This document shows, one piece after another, positions 19,709 through 28,376 of a stretch of 64,000 nucleotides of DNA. A model generated the notes under the pieces. It was not told where the DNA came from. It saw only the letters and a program-made list of their open reading frames with translations, and ran no database searches. The translations under genes were made by a program, and so were the position numbers. Source of the stretch: an archaeon (lineage in GTDB: Archaea > Iainarchaeota > Iainarchaeia > Iainarchaeales > JAAZKV01); NCBI GenBank assembly GCA_041664905.1, contig JBAYJX010000002.1:530-64529 (forward strand), given 5' to 3'. Every line of letters starts with the position of its first letter. Position 1 is the first letter of the stretch.

Positions 19709-20257
19709 TTATTTTTTCGAAAGATAATATTCTTTAAATTTTTCAAGCGCTCGCTTTCTGTGGCTTATTGAGTTTTTTTCTTCTTTTGACATTTCGGCAA
19801 AAGATTGGTTTTTTCCTTCAGGCATAAAAAGTGGATCCCAACCAAATTCACTTTCTGATTTAGGCGCCACTATTTTTCCTTTAACTATTCCTTCAAAGAA
19901 AAGAATTTCTTTTCCATTATAATACCCAACCATTGTTTTTGCAAAACAATTTGAATTATTGAGTTTTTGGGTTATTTGATAAATCCCTTCTCTTCCAACT
20001 GAATTCAAAAACCATTTTATTAGTGGGCCAGGAAAACCATTTAAAGCATCAAGATAAAGAGAGGTATCTTCTACAAGTAGTTCTCCTTTGTGGTGCTTCT
20101 GAGCCTCAAGTAGTTTATGTTTTATTACTTCCATCGGGTCCGTGCTTTGTATTTCATCAAGATCAATGTTTAGTTGTTCAACCTTAATTTCTGGAAAAAG
20201 AATTTGGTTAAACTCTTCAAGTTTGTGCTTGTTTCCAGTAATAAAATATAAAACCAT
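19709..20257 (-). CDS. non-canonical purine NTP pyrophosphatase (HAM1/RdgB ITPase)
   Basis: FITGNKHKLEEF, EDTSL, GFPGP, FGWDPLF, SHR motifs. Confidence 0.9.
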   Translation of the reverse strand: MVLYFITGNKHKLEEFNQILFPEIKVEQLNIDLDEIQSTDPMEVIKHKLLEAQKHHKGELLVEDTSLYLDALNGFPGPLIKWFLNSVGREGIYQITQKLNNSNCFAKTMVGYYNGKEILFFEGIVKGKIVAPKSESEFGWDPLFMPEGKNQSFAEMSKEEKNSISHRKRALEKFKEYYLSKK

Positions 20258-20258
20258 T

Positions 20259-20963
20259 TTAATTCACCACATTAAATTTAGTTACAAACTCCTGAATAGA
20301 TTCATTTGTTATATCTTCTGGTTTAATTAAAACATTTTTGAATATTTCTTTTTCTAGGTTTTTTGCAAACTTTACAAATTTCTCTGAATGTGCAATTGCT
20401 ACTTCACTTTTGTTTAAATTGTAGCGTTTATAAAAATCACCTAGTCTTTCTTGCATACTTGTTACCCCATATGGCGCCACCCTTAAATCTGAATAAGCAA
20501 ATATGGCTAAACCCAAATCATTATTCCAAAAGCTCTTGTTTAATTTTTGAATTTCTTTGTTTTCTAAAAGAAAAATTACTCGTTTGTTTGCACCAATTTC
20601 TTTTGCAATTAAATTATTTGCAATAGTATCATTTTGACCATACTTCGTAAAAAACTCTTTTTGTTTTTCAATGAAAAACTCAAGTCTATTGCGATCTAAT
20701 GCTTCAAGTAAATTATTTTTAGAAGAATTAGTAAAATCCATTTTTACAATATTTCCTAAATCATGTATTAAACAAGTGGCAATAACATTTTCAGCATCAA
20801 TTGATTTATTGCACCCGTATTTGTTGCATTCCTGTTTGTTGTATGCATTACAGATTTGATCAGCTACTCCGGCGGTAAAAATCATGTGTCTTCTTAAGTT
20901 TAGTGGAATAAAGTAATCTTCATAAATTTTGTTAATTGATTTAATTATTTCTTTGCTTTCCAT
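20259..20963 (-). CDS. HD-domain protein
   Basis: H...HD pattern (RRHMIFTAGVADQ ... CLIHDLGNIVK). Confidence 0.6.
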   Translation of the reverse strand: MESKEIIKSINKIYEDYFIPLNLRRHMIFTAGVADQICNAYNKQECNKYGCNKSIDAENVIATCLIHDLGNIVKMDFTNSSKNNLLEALDRNRLEFFIEKQKEFFTKYGQNDTIANNLIAKEIGANKRVIFLLENKEIQKLNKSFWNNDLGLAIFAYSDLRVAPYGVTSMQERLGDFYKRYNLNKSEVAIAHSEKFVKFAKNLEKEIFKNVLIKPEDITNESIQEFVTKFNVVN

Positions 20964-20986
20964 AAACCAATTTAGCCACGTAGCAA

Positions 20987-21565
20987 TTAAATAGATTTGG
21001 AATTATTTTTTTTGTTTTGAATTATCAAAATAGAAACTACTCCAATTAATAGCAACAGGATAGAAATTGGATTTGAATCAGGTATTGAAACAAATGGATC
21101 TTTTTTGTCAACGCTAAAAAATCTTTCAACAGTGCAACCCCCAAAAAAAGATACTGTTGCATAATAACTTCCTTTAGGAGGACTAGGGACTATCCAATCC
21201 TTAATTATAGATATATTTTTGGTTTTTGTACAAAGCGGACTTAATTGGTGTCCACTCAAATTGTCTTTAGGATAAACCAAATTTCCAGATAAATCATAAA
21301 TGTTCATATCTAATTGTAACTCTGATTTACACAAGTAAGATACTGCAAGACCTTCACTCGAAGAATAGGAATCGACTGAAAAACTAGATATGTTGCAATC
21401 CTCTTGTTCGCACCCAAATCTAAGGCACCAAGCAGCACGAAGTTGAGCCATTAGTGCAGGATCATCAGAGGGCGAAGACACACTATCAAGGGCAAATGTT
21501 GCTGACAAAGCCGATAAAATCAATAGAACAGTAATTAGTTTTATTGTCAAAAAATTTTTTACCAT
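20987..21565 (-). CDS. secreted Cys-containing protein with C-terminal TM anchor and basic tail
   Basis: Signal peptide MVKNFLTIKLITVLLILSALSATFA. C-terminus PDSNPISILLLLIGVVSILIIQNKKNN resembles a sorting-signal architecture. Confidence 0.5.
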   Translation of the reverse strand: MVKNFLTIKLITVLLILSALSATFALDSVSSPSDDPALMAQLRAAWCLRFGCEQEDCNISSFSVDSYSSSEGLAVSYLCKSELQLDMNIYDLSGNLVYPKDNLSGHQLSPLCTKTKNISIIKDWIVPSPPKGSYYATVSFFGGCTVERFFSVDKKDPFVSIPDSNPISILLLLIGVVSILIIQNKKNNSKSI

Positions 21566-21591
21566 AATAATCACACAAATATAAAACAATA

Positions 21592-23790
21592 TTAATTACA
21601 TGCTCTTACATCATTTTGCCAATTAACCCAAAACCCCATAGTTGAGTTTGGCGAAGTAACATTATTGTAACTACCAGATTTACCATCTAGTGTTGGAACC
21701 CAAGTTGAGAGAGAACTTCGTTTTCCTAATGTAAACCAATTTGAAATTTTTATCCCAGGAATAAGATTAAATCCGTTATAAAGAGTTAAATTTATTTTAC
21801 TTGCAACACCATATTTGTTAAGGGGTATATCACAATACCCTTCAGAATAAATCCAGTATGCTTTATTATTATTTAAAAACGCATTGGAAAAATAAGGGTC
21901 AATCCCAACATATTTTCCTGTTTGATTATCAAGATCCGCAATATATGTAAAATTTTTGCACATTTGTAAATCAGATGCTTTTACGCTAGTTAATGTAGGA
22001 AAACTAACTAAATTCCAGCCGGGCTTAATGTGGGTTACTGGGTCAGAAATAATTGTGTCTGCTAAAAGAGTTCCAACTGTACCCGAACAAGAGTAAGGTG
22101 CATTGGGATCAGTTAAGTCCGGGCAAGGAGTGCTTGTATTCGCAAGGTAATTAGAACAAATTGTTTGATCAAACAAGTTTTGGATTATGCCTAAATCAAC
22201 AGTGTCAACATCAAGATCTTTATCAATATCCCCTATACTTGCATAGTTTGAATTTGCACAAGAAGTATTTAAACTCCCGGCAACAATTTCTCTTAACAAA
22301 TTACAAGAATTATATCTAGCACCATCAGAAAAAGTAATATTAATTTTTCTCACAGCCCCATTAAAATCTAGATACAAATAATCTCTTTGATTATTTCGGC
22401 AACTAGCAATTACTTCTTGGCCAACAGTTGTTTTTCTCCACAGCCCATTAGTAATATTTACTGCAGATTTAGTAATATTAGGACTCAGAATAGCATACAC
22501 ATCAGTAGGAATAGTAATATTCAAAACGTTTATACTTTCTCCTCGTAAATATCCCCCACTTGGAAGAGAAATATTTCCAAATCCACCAGATACACAAATT
22601 GCGCCCTCACCACCATAAAAATTATTTTGTAACTCGTAAACTACTTTTTTTATTGTTCCTGTTGGACACGTTACCTTTGCTAACCCTTCTGGATTTGGAG
22701 TTGAGGTAGAGGCATGAAAACTAATATCTCCCGCACAATATGCACCCCCAGTAATAATATTTTCCGCATCCCACATTCCAGCCATTCCACTCATACAAAC
22801 TCCAGTTGCAACAATATCTGAATTTCCTCCAGAAACACAAATTGCTCCTTCCCCACCATAAAAACTATTTGTTACTTTGGAAACAATTAATTTTGTTGTC
22901 CCGGCAGGACAAGATACAGTTGGACTAGCCCCTGGAATCGGATCAAATGATTGATGAAAAGTTGTATCTCCAATACAACTAGCCCCCCCAGTTAAAGCAA
23001 TTTGATTATCCCACAAATTCACTGCCCCACTCATACAAACTCCGCTTGCAACAATTGCAGAACCAGAAGGCTGAACACAAATTGCGCCTTCCCCACCATA
23101 AAAACTATTACTTATCTTAAACATAGACATCTTTGTTGTTCCGCTAGGACAAGAAACTAGTGTAGTAGCGCTTGGGAGAGGATTAAATGAAGTGTGAAAA
23201 GTAGTATCCCCCAAACAAAATGTCCCACCGTTTGAAAAATTTTCATGCCCCCACAAATTTACTACTCCACTCATACAACCTCCACTCGCAACAATACTTG
23301 GCGAAGACGCTGTTCTAGTTCCAGAGGCACCAAAATAAATAAAGACATTAACATTTGAATCAACATTAGAAATTGGGTTAGTGTATCCTGCCCCATCATA
23401 AAAATATAATTTTGTTGAATCCCAATCTATTGTTGGGTCAAATAATCTTCCTGAAACCACTCTAAACTGATCTATTGATTTTACAAAGGGAATAACAGAA
23501 GAATTAACTGGAACAAAATATCGGGCAAGATTAGTTTCATCAACATTTGATAAACCAAAAATTCTGTTATTTGGATCAGTGGTTAAATATTTTTTAGGAA
23601 AATCAAAGAATGCGTTGGTCCCTAAGCAAGAAGGACAAACTGGCGCTCCAACAACACCAGTACTTACCGCAGGTGTCTGGGAAAACACGGGTTCAGTAAT
23701 ATCAACGCTAGAATAGCCAGTGCACAAATCAGCGAGTACTAGGCTTGAAAAAAATAGCAAAAATAAGCTGATAAGAATTTTATTTGCCAT
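21592..23790 (-). CDS. secreted cysteine-rich protein with three ~80-aa internal repeats and a dockerin/EF-hand-like motif
   Basis: Signal MANKILISLFLLFFSSLVLA. Three repeats share the pattern ASG.CMSG..N.W....GG..C.GD..FH.S......V.CP.GT.K......N.FYGGEGAICV. The motif GDIDKDLDVDTVDLGIIQNLF is also present. Confidence 0.6.
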   Translation of the reverse strand: MANKILISLFLLFFSSLVLADLCTGYSSVDITEPVFSQTPAVSTGVVGAPVCPSCLGTNAFFDFPKKYLTTDPNNRIFGLSNVDETNLARYFVPVNSSVIPFVKSIDQFRVVSGRLFDPTIDWDSTKLYFYDGAGYTNPISNVDSNVNVFIYFGASGTRTASSPSIVASGGCMSGVVNLWGHENFSNGGTFCLGDTTFHTSFNPLPSATTLVSCPSGTTKMSMFKISNSFYGGEGAICVQPSGSAIVASGVCMSGAVNLWDNQIALTGGASCIGDTTFHQSFDPIPGASPTVSCPAGTTKLIVSKVTNSFYGGEGAICVSGGNSDIVATGVCMSGMAGMWDAENIITGGAYCAGDISFHASTSTPNPEGLAKVTCPTGTIKKVVYELQNNFYGGEGAICVSGGFGNISLPSGGYLRGESINVLNITIPTDVYAILSPNITKSAVNITNGLWRKTTVGQEVIASCRNNQRDYLYLDFNGAVRKINITFSDGARYNSCNLLREIVAGSLNTSCANSNYASIGDIDKDLDVDTVDLGIIQNLFDQTICSNYLANTSTPCPDLTDPNAPYSCSGTVGTLLADTIISDPVTHIKPGWNLVSFPTLTSVKASDLQMCKNFTYIADLDNQTGKYVGIDPYFSNAFLNNNKAYWIYSEGYCDIPLNKYGVASKINLTLYNGFNLIPGIKISNWFTLGKRSSLSTWVPTLDGKSGSYNNVTSPNSTMGFWVNWQNDVRACN
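22585..23298 (-). repeat. in-frame tandem coding repeat, ~240 bp x 3
   Basis: The DNA-level repeat acacaaattgc.cc.tc.ccaccataaaaa recurs near 22590, 22838 and 23078. These correspond to protein residues ~176-413. Confidence 0.8.
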
Positions 23791-23853
23791 GACAATTATT
23801 ACTGTGTTTAGATATAATAACATAACTCTACGAGTTGGGATAAGAAAATTTTT

Positions 23854-25869
23854 CTAAAATAGAGTATCAAAAGCTTTCTTTCCTTCTATTCCTTCCATGT
23901 AACTCATTCGGGCATCAACGTATTCCTGAATCTTTTTTACTAAATCAGGAGTTAGGTGTTTGAATCTCCCTTGCATCATTAAATAATCTTCAACAGGTTT
24001 TTTTTCAGTTGGTTTAAAATTAAATTTCAAAACTCCATCTTCTATTTCATATAGAGGAAATACATTTGTGTCCATTGCTTTTTGAGCAATTTCTAAAGTG
24101 ATTGAAGAATCTATTTTCCAACCAGGAATACAAGGAACCATTACGTGTAAGAGCGAGGGACCATTTACTTGGAGTGCTTTTTGTACTTTCATTTTCAAAT
24201 CAAATAAATTTGCTACGCTTGCGCTTGCAACATATTTTATTCCGTGCGCTGCTGCAATAAATGGAAGAGGTTTTTTTGGTAATTGTTTTCCAGGAATTAC
24301 TTTTCCTGCAGGAGTAGTTGTTGTATTTGCATAAGGGAAAGTTGCTCCGCTTCTTTGGATTCCTGTGTTGTGTACAACTAATCCATTTGCTACAAAGTTG
24401 TGTTCTCCTTCGACTCGCAAATCAAGTGTTGGTTCAAGTCCTTTTTTAATTATAGAAGTTATTTTTTTGGTTTCAAAATGATCGTTTCCAAACAAATAAT
24501 TCCTTTGCTTAGCTTGATTTGCATACTTTAATAAAGCGCCTCTTTTTCCACTAAAGCACACATATCCATAAGTTGAATCAGCTAATAATTCACGTTCAAC
24601 AACCAAAGTTCCTTTTTCTTTTGTTTGTTGATGAATTTTTCCCACTCGCACGTCCATTGTCTGGAGTAATAATCTTAGTGTTCGTAAGAGTTCATAGCTT
24701 GCTGAAACATACCTGTTGCTTTTTCCAGTTTTGTATCCATCTGAAAGCATTAGTCCTTCAACAAAAGCTTGTTTTTCTTCTAAAGATAGAGTAAATACCC
24801 AACCGGGGATAATCTTGTTTTTAGCTCCTTTCCCAAAACCTAAAGAATCAATAAATCGGGCTATATTTATTGAATTTAAGTGTAGTTCATCTTTGTTTTC
24901 GCTTAAGCAGTGTTTCCATAAAAGACTTTCAATTAAACTCTTGGCATCTTCTCTTCCTTTTTTTCCTTCGGGAAGAGAGAATCCAGTTTCAGCTTTTTCT
25001 GTTCTTGTCCATCCGTCACCAACATATAGCCCTAAGAATTTCATTAGGGTTGTTGAAGATTTTTCAGGCAAATGAACTTCATTAATTTTGTTCACTTTGT
25101 AATCTCCTTTATGGGACTCTTCAATTGAATTGAAAACAAATGGCTCGCCGGATAGTCCTTTCTTTAATGAAACTACTTCGTCACCAACCTCTAATTGTTC
25201 AACCATTTTCCAGACGAATTGATTTTGTCCAGATTTACCGTTTCTTTGTAATACAAGGAATGGATGGTTTCCAGTAGCTTTTATTGTGTTAGAGGCAGTA
25301 TTTATTTCAAATACTCTTTTTACCCCATTATCAAATACTCCCGTACAGGGTTTTAGAGTAAGCTCGTGAGTTTTTTGATCAAATGCATAAACCAAGTCAC
25401 CAATTTTTATTTCAGTGATTTTTTTCAACCCGTCTTTTGTCATTATTAGTGAATCCAGCGATAGGCAATTCATGTAAGCTTCGTTATCTGTTACAATGTA
25501 AAGCACTTTTTGTCCTCTTTCTAGTGCTCCACTTAGTGCTCCAAACCCAATATCAAACATTGCTCCATCTCCGCCAATTGCAACTACATTTGTTGTAATG
25601 TTTTTTTTCATATTTAGTGCAGCTCTTACTCCGCTTGCTACTGCAGCAGTATTCTCGAAAGCACAGTGTACCCAAGGTACTTCCCAAGAGGTTTCTGGAT
25701 ATGGAGTTGAAACTACTTCCATGCAACCAGTTGCTTCTACAACTATTGTATCTGCCCCACAGGCTTTCATAATATGTCTTAGTGCTAGTGCTTCTCCGCA
25801 CCCGCCGCAAGCTCTGTGTCCGCTTGCAAAATATTCTTTTTCATCAATTCCAAGTATTGCCATAAACAT
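23854..25869 (-). CDS. porB: pyruvate:ferredoxin oxidoreductase beta subunit (TPP-binding), interrupted by an intein
   Basis: The exteins reconstruct the conserved GDGAMFDIG...YIVTDNEAYMN|TGIQRSG sequence. The 672-aa precursor compares with ~305 aa after removing 367 aa. Confidence 0.9.
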   Translation of the reverse strand: MFMAILGIDEKEYFASGHRACGGCGEALALRHIMKACGADTIVVEATGCMEVVSTPYPETSWEVPWVHCAFENTAAVASGVRAALNMKKNITTNVVAIGGDGAMFDIGFGALSGALERGQKVLYIVTDNEAYMNCLSLDSLIMTKDGLKKITEIKIGDLVYAFDQKTHELTLKPCTGVFDNGVKRVFEINTASNTIKATGNHPFLVLQRNGKSGQNQFVWKMVEQLEVGDEVVSLKKGLSGEPFVFNSIEESHKGDYKVNKINEVHLPEKSSTTLMKFLGLYVGDGWTRTEKAETGFSLPEGKKGREDAKSLIESLLWKHCLSENKDELHLNSINIARFIDSLGFGKGAKNKIIPGWVFTLSLEEKQAFVEGLMLSDGYKTGKSNRYVSASYELLRTLRLLLQTMDVRVGKIHQQTKEKGTLVVERELLADSTYGYVCFSGKRGALLKYANQAKQRNYLFGNDHFETKKITSIIKKGLEPTLDLRVEGEHNFVANGLVVHNTGIQRSGATFPYANTTTTPAGKVIPGKQLPKKPLPFIAAAHGIKYVASASVANLFDLKMKVQKALQVNGPSLLHVMVPCIPGWKIDSSITLEIAQKAMDTNVFPLYEIEDGVLKFNFKPTEKKPVEDYLMMQGRFKHLTPDLVKKIQEYVDARMSYMEGIEGKKAFDTLF
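24367..25467 (-). mobile_element. intein (367 aa) with LAGLIDADG homing-endonuclease domain, inserted in porB
   Basis: Begins CLSLDSLIMTKDG (Cys1) and has block B TGNHPFLV. LAGLIDADG motifs: LGLYVGDGW and FVEGLMLSDGY. Ends HNFVANGLVVHN followed by Thr(+1). Coordinates were checked codon by codon. Confidence 0.9.
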
Positions 25870-26300
25870 CAATTCCTCTCAAAATATTTTTTCATTAAAT
25901 TAACATTATTTTTTACTAATTTAATTGTTTCTGGTTTCATCATATTTTTTTGTGCATGAAGCATTATTGGTCTTACTGATTCTATCTTTTTTCCAAACTT
26001 TTCCATCCAAGCTAGTCTAGGAAACATCCACAAATGAAATCCGCCTTCAGTATCTTCGTTTTGGAATAAATATACTTCATTTAACCCGAGGGCTTCTTTC
26101 ATCCCTTTTCTTGTTTTGTATATTAATTCAATAAACTCTTTGCGCTCGGAATCATTAAATTCTAGTATTGACTTGGCTTTTCTTTTTGCGCCAGCAATCA
26201 TAAATCCAGGGATTGGAACTTCCCAATCTTGGCCAACAACAAAACTCTTTGATTCAAAAACAATTTGATCTTCAAACGGGTAATTGTCTTTAATTTCCAT
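25869..26300 (-). CDS. HIT-like superfamily protein with a divergent triad (GGFHLWMFPR), located between porA and porB
   Basis: 143 aa with a HIT-fold-like pattern. Its stop overlaps the porB start region (TGATGTTTATG). Confidence 0.55.
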   Translation of the reverse strand: MEIKDNYPFEDQIVFESKSFVVGQDWEVPIPGFMIAGAKRKAKSILEFNDSERKEFIELIYKTRKGMKEALGLNEVYLFQNEDTEGGFHLWMFPRLAWMEKFGKKIESVRPIMLHAQKNMMKPETIKLVKNNVNLMKKYFERN

Positions 26301-26306
26301 CCATCA

Positions 26307-27461
26307 TCACTTCAACCAATATCCTTCTTTTCCTTTTATTATTGTTTCAAATGCCGCAGCAATTCTTTTTCTATCAATATCTCTTCCACCTAATCCAGCA
26401 ATAAATCCTGTTACTTTTGTTTTCGAAGTTTTGAGCGCTGCTTTTGTATCTGTTGCAAGTGGTCCTTCGTAACCTATAGAAATATGTCTGTCAATTACTC
26501 CAAGAGATTTTATTTTTTTACAAGCTTTAATTATTTCTTCAACCGGGAAAGGTCGTACACATTTTAATCTAATTATTCCTACTTTTTTTCCTTTTTTTCG
26601 CATTTCTTCTACTACTGCTCGAGCTGAACCAGTTGATACTGCACCAACTGTCATTATTGCATACTCAGCATCTTTCATCTCAATTAATTCAGCAAGTCCA
26701 TCTCCATAACTTCTACCAAATTCTTTTGCAAATTCTGCGCTCACTTTTGGAATTATTTCTAGTGCTTTAAGCATTGCGTTTTGGTATTGTTCTTTAAATT
26801 CAAAGTAAGTGTTGGGTTGAGCAAAAGCGCCTATAGAGATAGGTTTAGATGTGTCCAAGAAATTAAGTGGTTTATATTCTGGTAAAAACCCATCTACTTT
26901 TTCAGCATCTTCAATTTGTATTGGTTCATACACGTGACTTAATGCAAACCCATCAATGCAAACCATTACTGGCATCAAAACATTTTCATTTTCAGCTATC
27001 TTGTAAGCCATTATTGTTGTGTCAAATGCTTCTTGGGCAGATTCACAATATAATTGTATCCAACCTTGGTCGCGTTCACTCATTGTATCGGAGTGATCGT
27101 TCCATATATTTAGTGGACCAGATAAAGCTCGATTTGCTACTGCCATTACTGCAGGGAAACGTGAAGCAGAAATTATTGGAATTATTTCATGCATTAGTGC
27201 TAGTCCTTGTGAAGCTGTTGCAGTAAAAGAACGTACCCCTGTCGCATATGCTCCATAAAGTGCCGAAGCAGCAGAGTGTTCACTCTCAACAAGAATTAAT
27301 TCTGCATCCATTTCTCCATTTGCAACAAATTCACTTAATCTTTCAGGAATTAAAGTACTCGGAGTAATTGGATACATTGGCAAAACTTTTGGTTTACAAA
27401 GTTTTACTGCATGCGCAACTGCATCTGCTCCTGATATAACAACTTTTTTTGGCATAAACAT
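26307..27461 (-). CDS. porA: pyruvate:ferredoxin oxidoreductase alpha subunit
   Basis: GADAVAHAVKLC...YPITPST...ESEHSA..A..GA...G.R..TATASQGL are typical PorA/KorA motifs. Confidence 0.9.
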   Translation of the reverse strand: MFMPKKVVISGADAVAHAVKLCKPKVLPMYPITPSTLIPERLSEFVANGEMDAELILVESEHSAASALYGAYATGVRSFTATASQGLALMHEIIPIISASRFPAVMAVANRALSGPLNIWNDHSDTMSERDQGWIQLYCESAQEAFDTTIMAYKIAENENVLMPVMVCIDGFALSHVYEPIQIEDAEKVDGFLPEYKPLNFLDTSKPISIGAFAQPNTYFEFKEQYQNAMLKALEIIPKVSAEFAKEFGRSYGDGLAELIEMKDAEYAIMTVGAVSTGSARAVVEEMRKKGKKVGIIRLKCVRPFPVEEIIKACKKIKSLGVIDRHISIGYEGPLATDTKAALKTSKTKVTGFIAGLGGRDIDRKRIAAAFETIIKGKEGYWLK

Positions 27462-27492
27462 CAATCCACAAATACTTCTTTCTTCACTAAAT

Positions 27493-27810
27493 TTATTTCT
27501 CCTCTATTTTATAACTAATCGCTTTTACGGGACAAATTTTTGCACAAATCAAACAACCCTTGCAATAATCATAATTAACCAAGTATCTTCCTTCTTTATC
27601 TCGATATATTGCCGCATCAGGACAACTCATCCAGCACTTTGAACACTTAATGCATTTTGCTTGATCAATTTCTGGTTTGAATGTTCTCCATTCCCCAGTC
27701 TTATATGCTTTTGTTGAGCCAGGATTTGTTATAATTGCTCCGCAAGTAATCTCAACTTTTCCGTCCGCGGAAAAAACTTTTTTATTTTCTTTTTTTGTTT
27801 CTTTTGCCAT
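27493..27810 (-). CDS. porD: pyruvate:ferredoxin oxidoreductase delta subunit (2x[4Fe-4S] ferredoxin)
   Basis: CIKCSKCWMSCP and CKGCLICAKICP cluster motifs. 105 aa. Confidence 0.9.
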   Translation of the reverse strand: MAKETKKENKKVFSADGKVEITCGAIITNPGSTKAYKTGEWRTFKPEIDQAKCIKCSKCWMSCPDAAIYRDKEGRYLVNYDYCKGCLICAKICPVKAISYKIEEK

Positions 27811-27920
27811 AAAATCACTATTTTATTTACTTCAAATTTCTATTGAAATTCTCAGTGCCATAAAATCACTATTTTATTTACTTCAAATTTCTATTGAAAT
27901 TCTTAGTATCATAAAAATCA
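27806..27920. repeat. 51-bp tandem duplication (2 full copies plus a 13-nt partial copy) of the porD leader and start codon
   Basis: Copy 1 at 27806-27856 and copy 2 at 27857-27907 differ at one base (c/t). A partial third copy lies at 27908-27920. Copy 1 contains the real porD ATG. Confidence 0.9.
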
Positions 27921-27926
27921 ACTAAA

Positions 27927-28361
27927 TTATCTTCTAGCTCTTCGCATTTTTGCGGCTCTTGATCTCCCACCACTTGCAATAATTCCTGCGCCCACTAGTC
28001 CGCCAGCCACACCTACCCCGCCAGCAATCATCCCAAATTTTTGCATTGGAGTAAACCTTTTTTTGTTTTTTATTTCTTCAGCATTTTTCTGTTGGCTCGA
28101 TTCATTATTTTTGTGAGATTTAAATAAATTTAATGGGTTTAATTTAAGATTAGGATTAACTGGACTATAGGGATGCATTGGACTTGCAGGAGACAGGGGA
28201 AAAACTCGCGAAGATGCAGGACGTGTTGAAGTCAACTTAGTTGTTTTCGCTTGCACACTACTTGGCCCCATAGCTAATGTTGTTGCAAATATTCCGGCAG
28301 CAACTGCTTTTCCAACTCTCCCAAACCGACTTGGTTTCAAATTATTCCTTTTTACAACCAT
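27927..28361 (-). CDS. small membrane/secreted protein inserted between porG and porD
   Basis: N-terminal signal-like KPSRFGRVGKAVAAGIFATTLAMGPSSVQA. C-terminal glycine-zipper TM GMIAGGVGVAGGLVGAGIIASGG and an RSRAAKMRRARR tail. Confidence 0.5.
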   Translation of the reverse strand: MVVKRNNLKPSRFGRVGKAVAAGIFATTLAMGPSSVQAKTTKLTSTRPASSRVFPLSPASPMHPYSPVNPNLKLNPLNLFKSHKNNESSQQKNAEEIKNKKRFTPMQKFGMIAGGVGVAGGLVGAGIIASGGRSRAAKMRRARR

Positions 28362-28376
28362 AATTATCAAATCATT

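Noticed and set aside
23854-25872. Oversized PorB as a gene fusion or misassembly
   Set aside because: The extra 367 aa have complete intein splicing blocks and a LAGLIDADG domain. The flanks rejoin into the conserved PorB motif.
27806-27920. Possible CRISPR array
   Set aside because: There are only about 2.3 directly abutting copies with no unique spacers, and no cas genes in the window. It is a simple tandem duplication.
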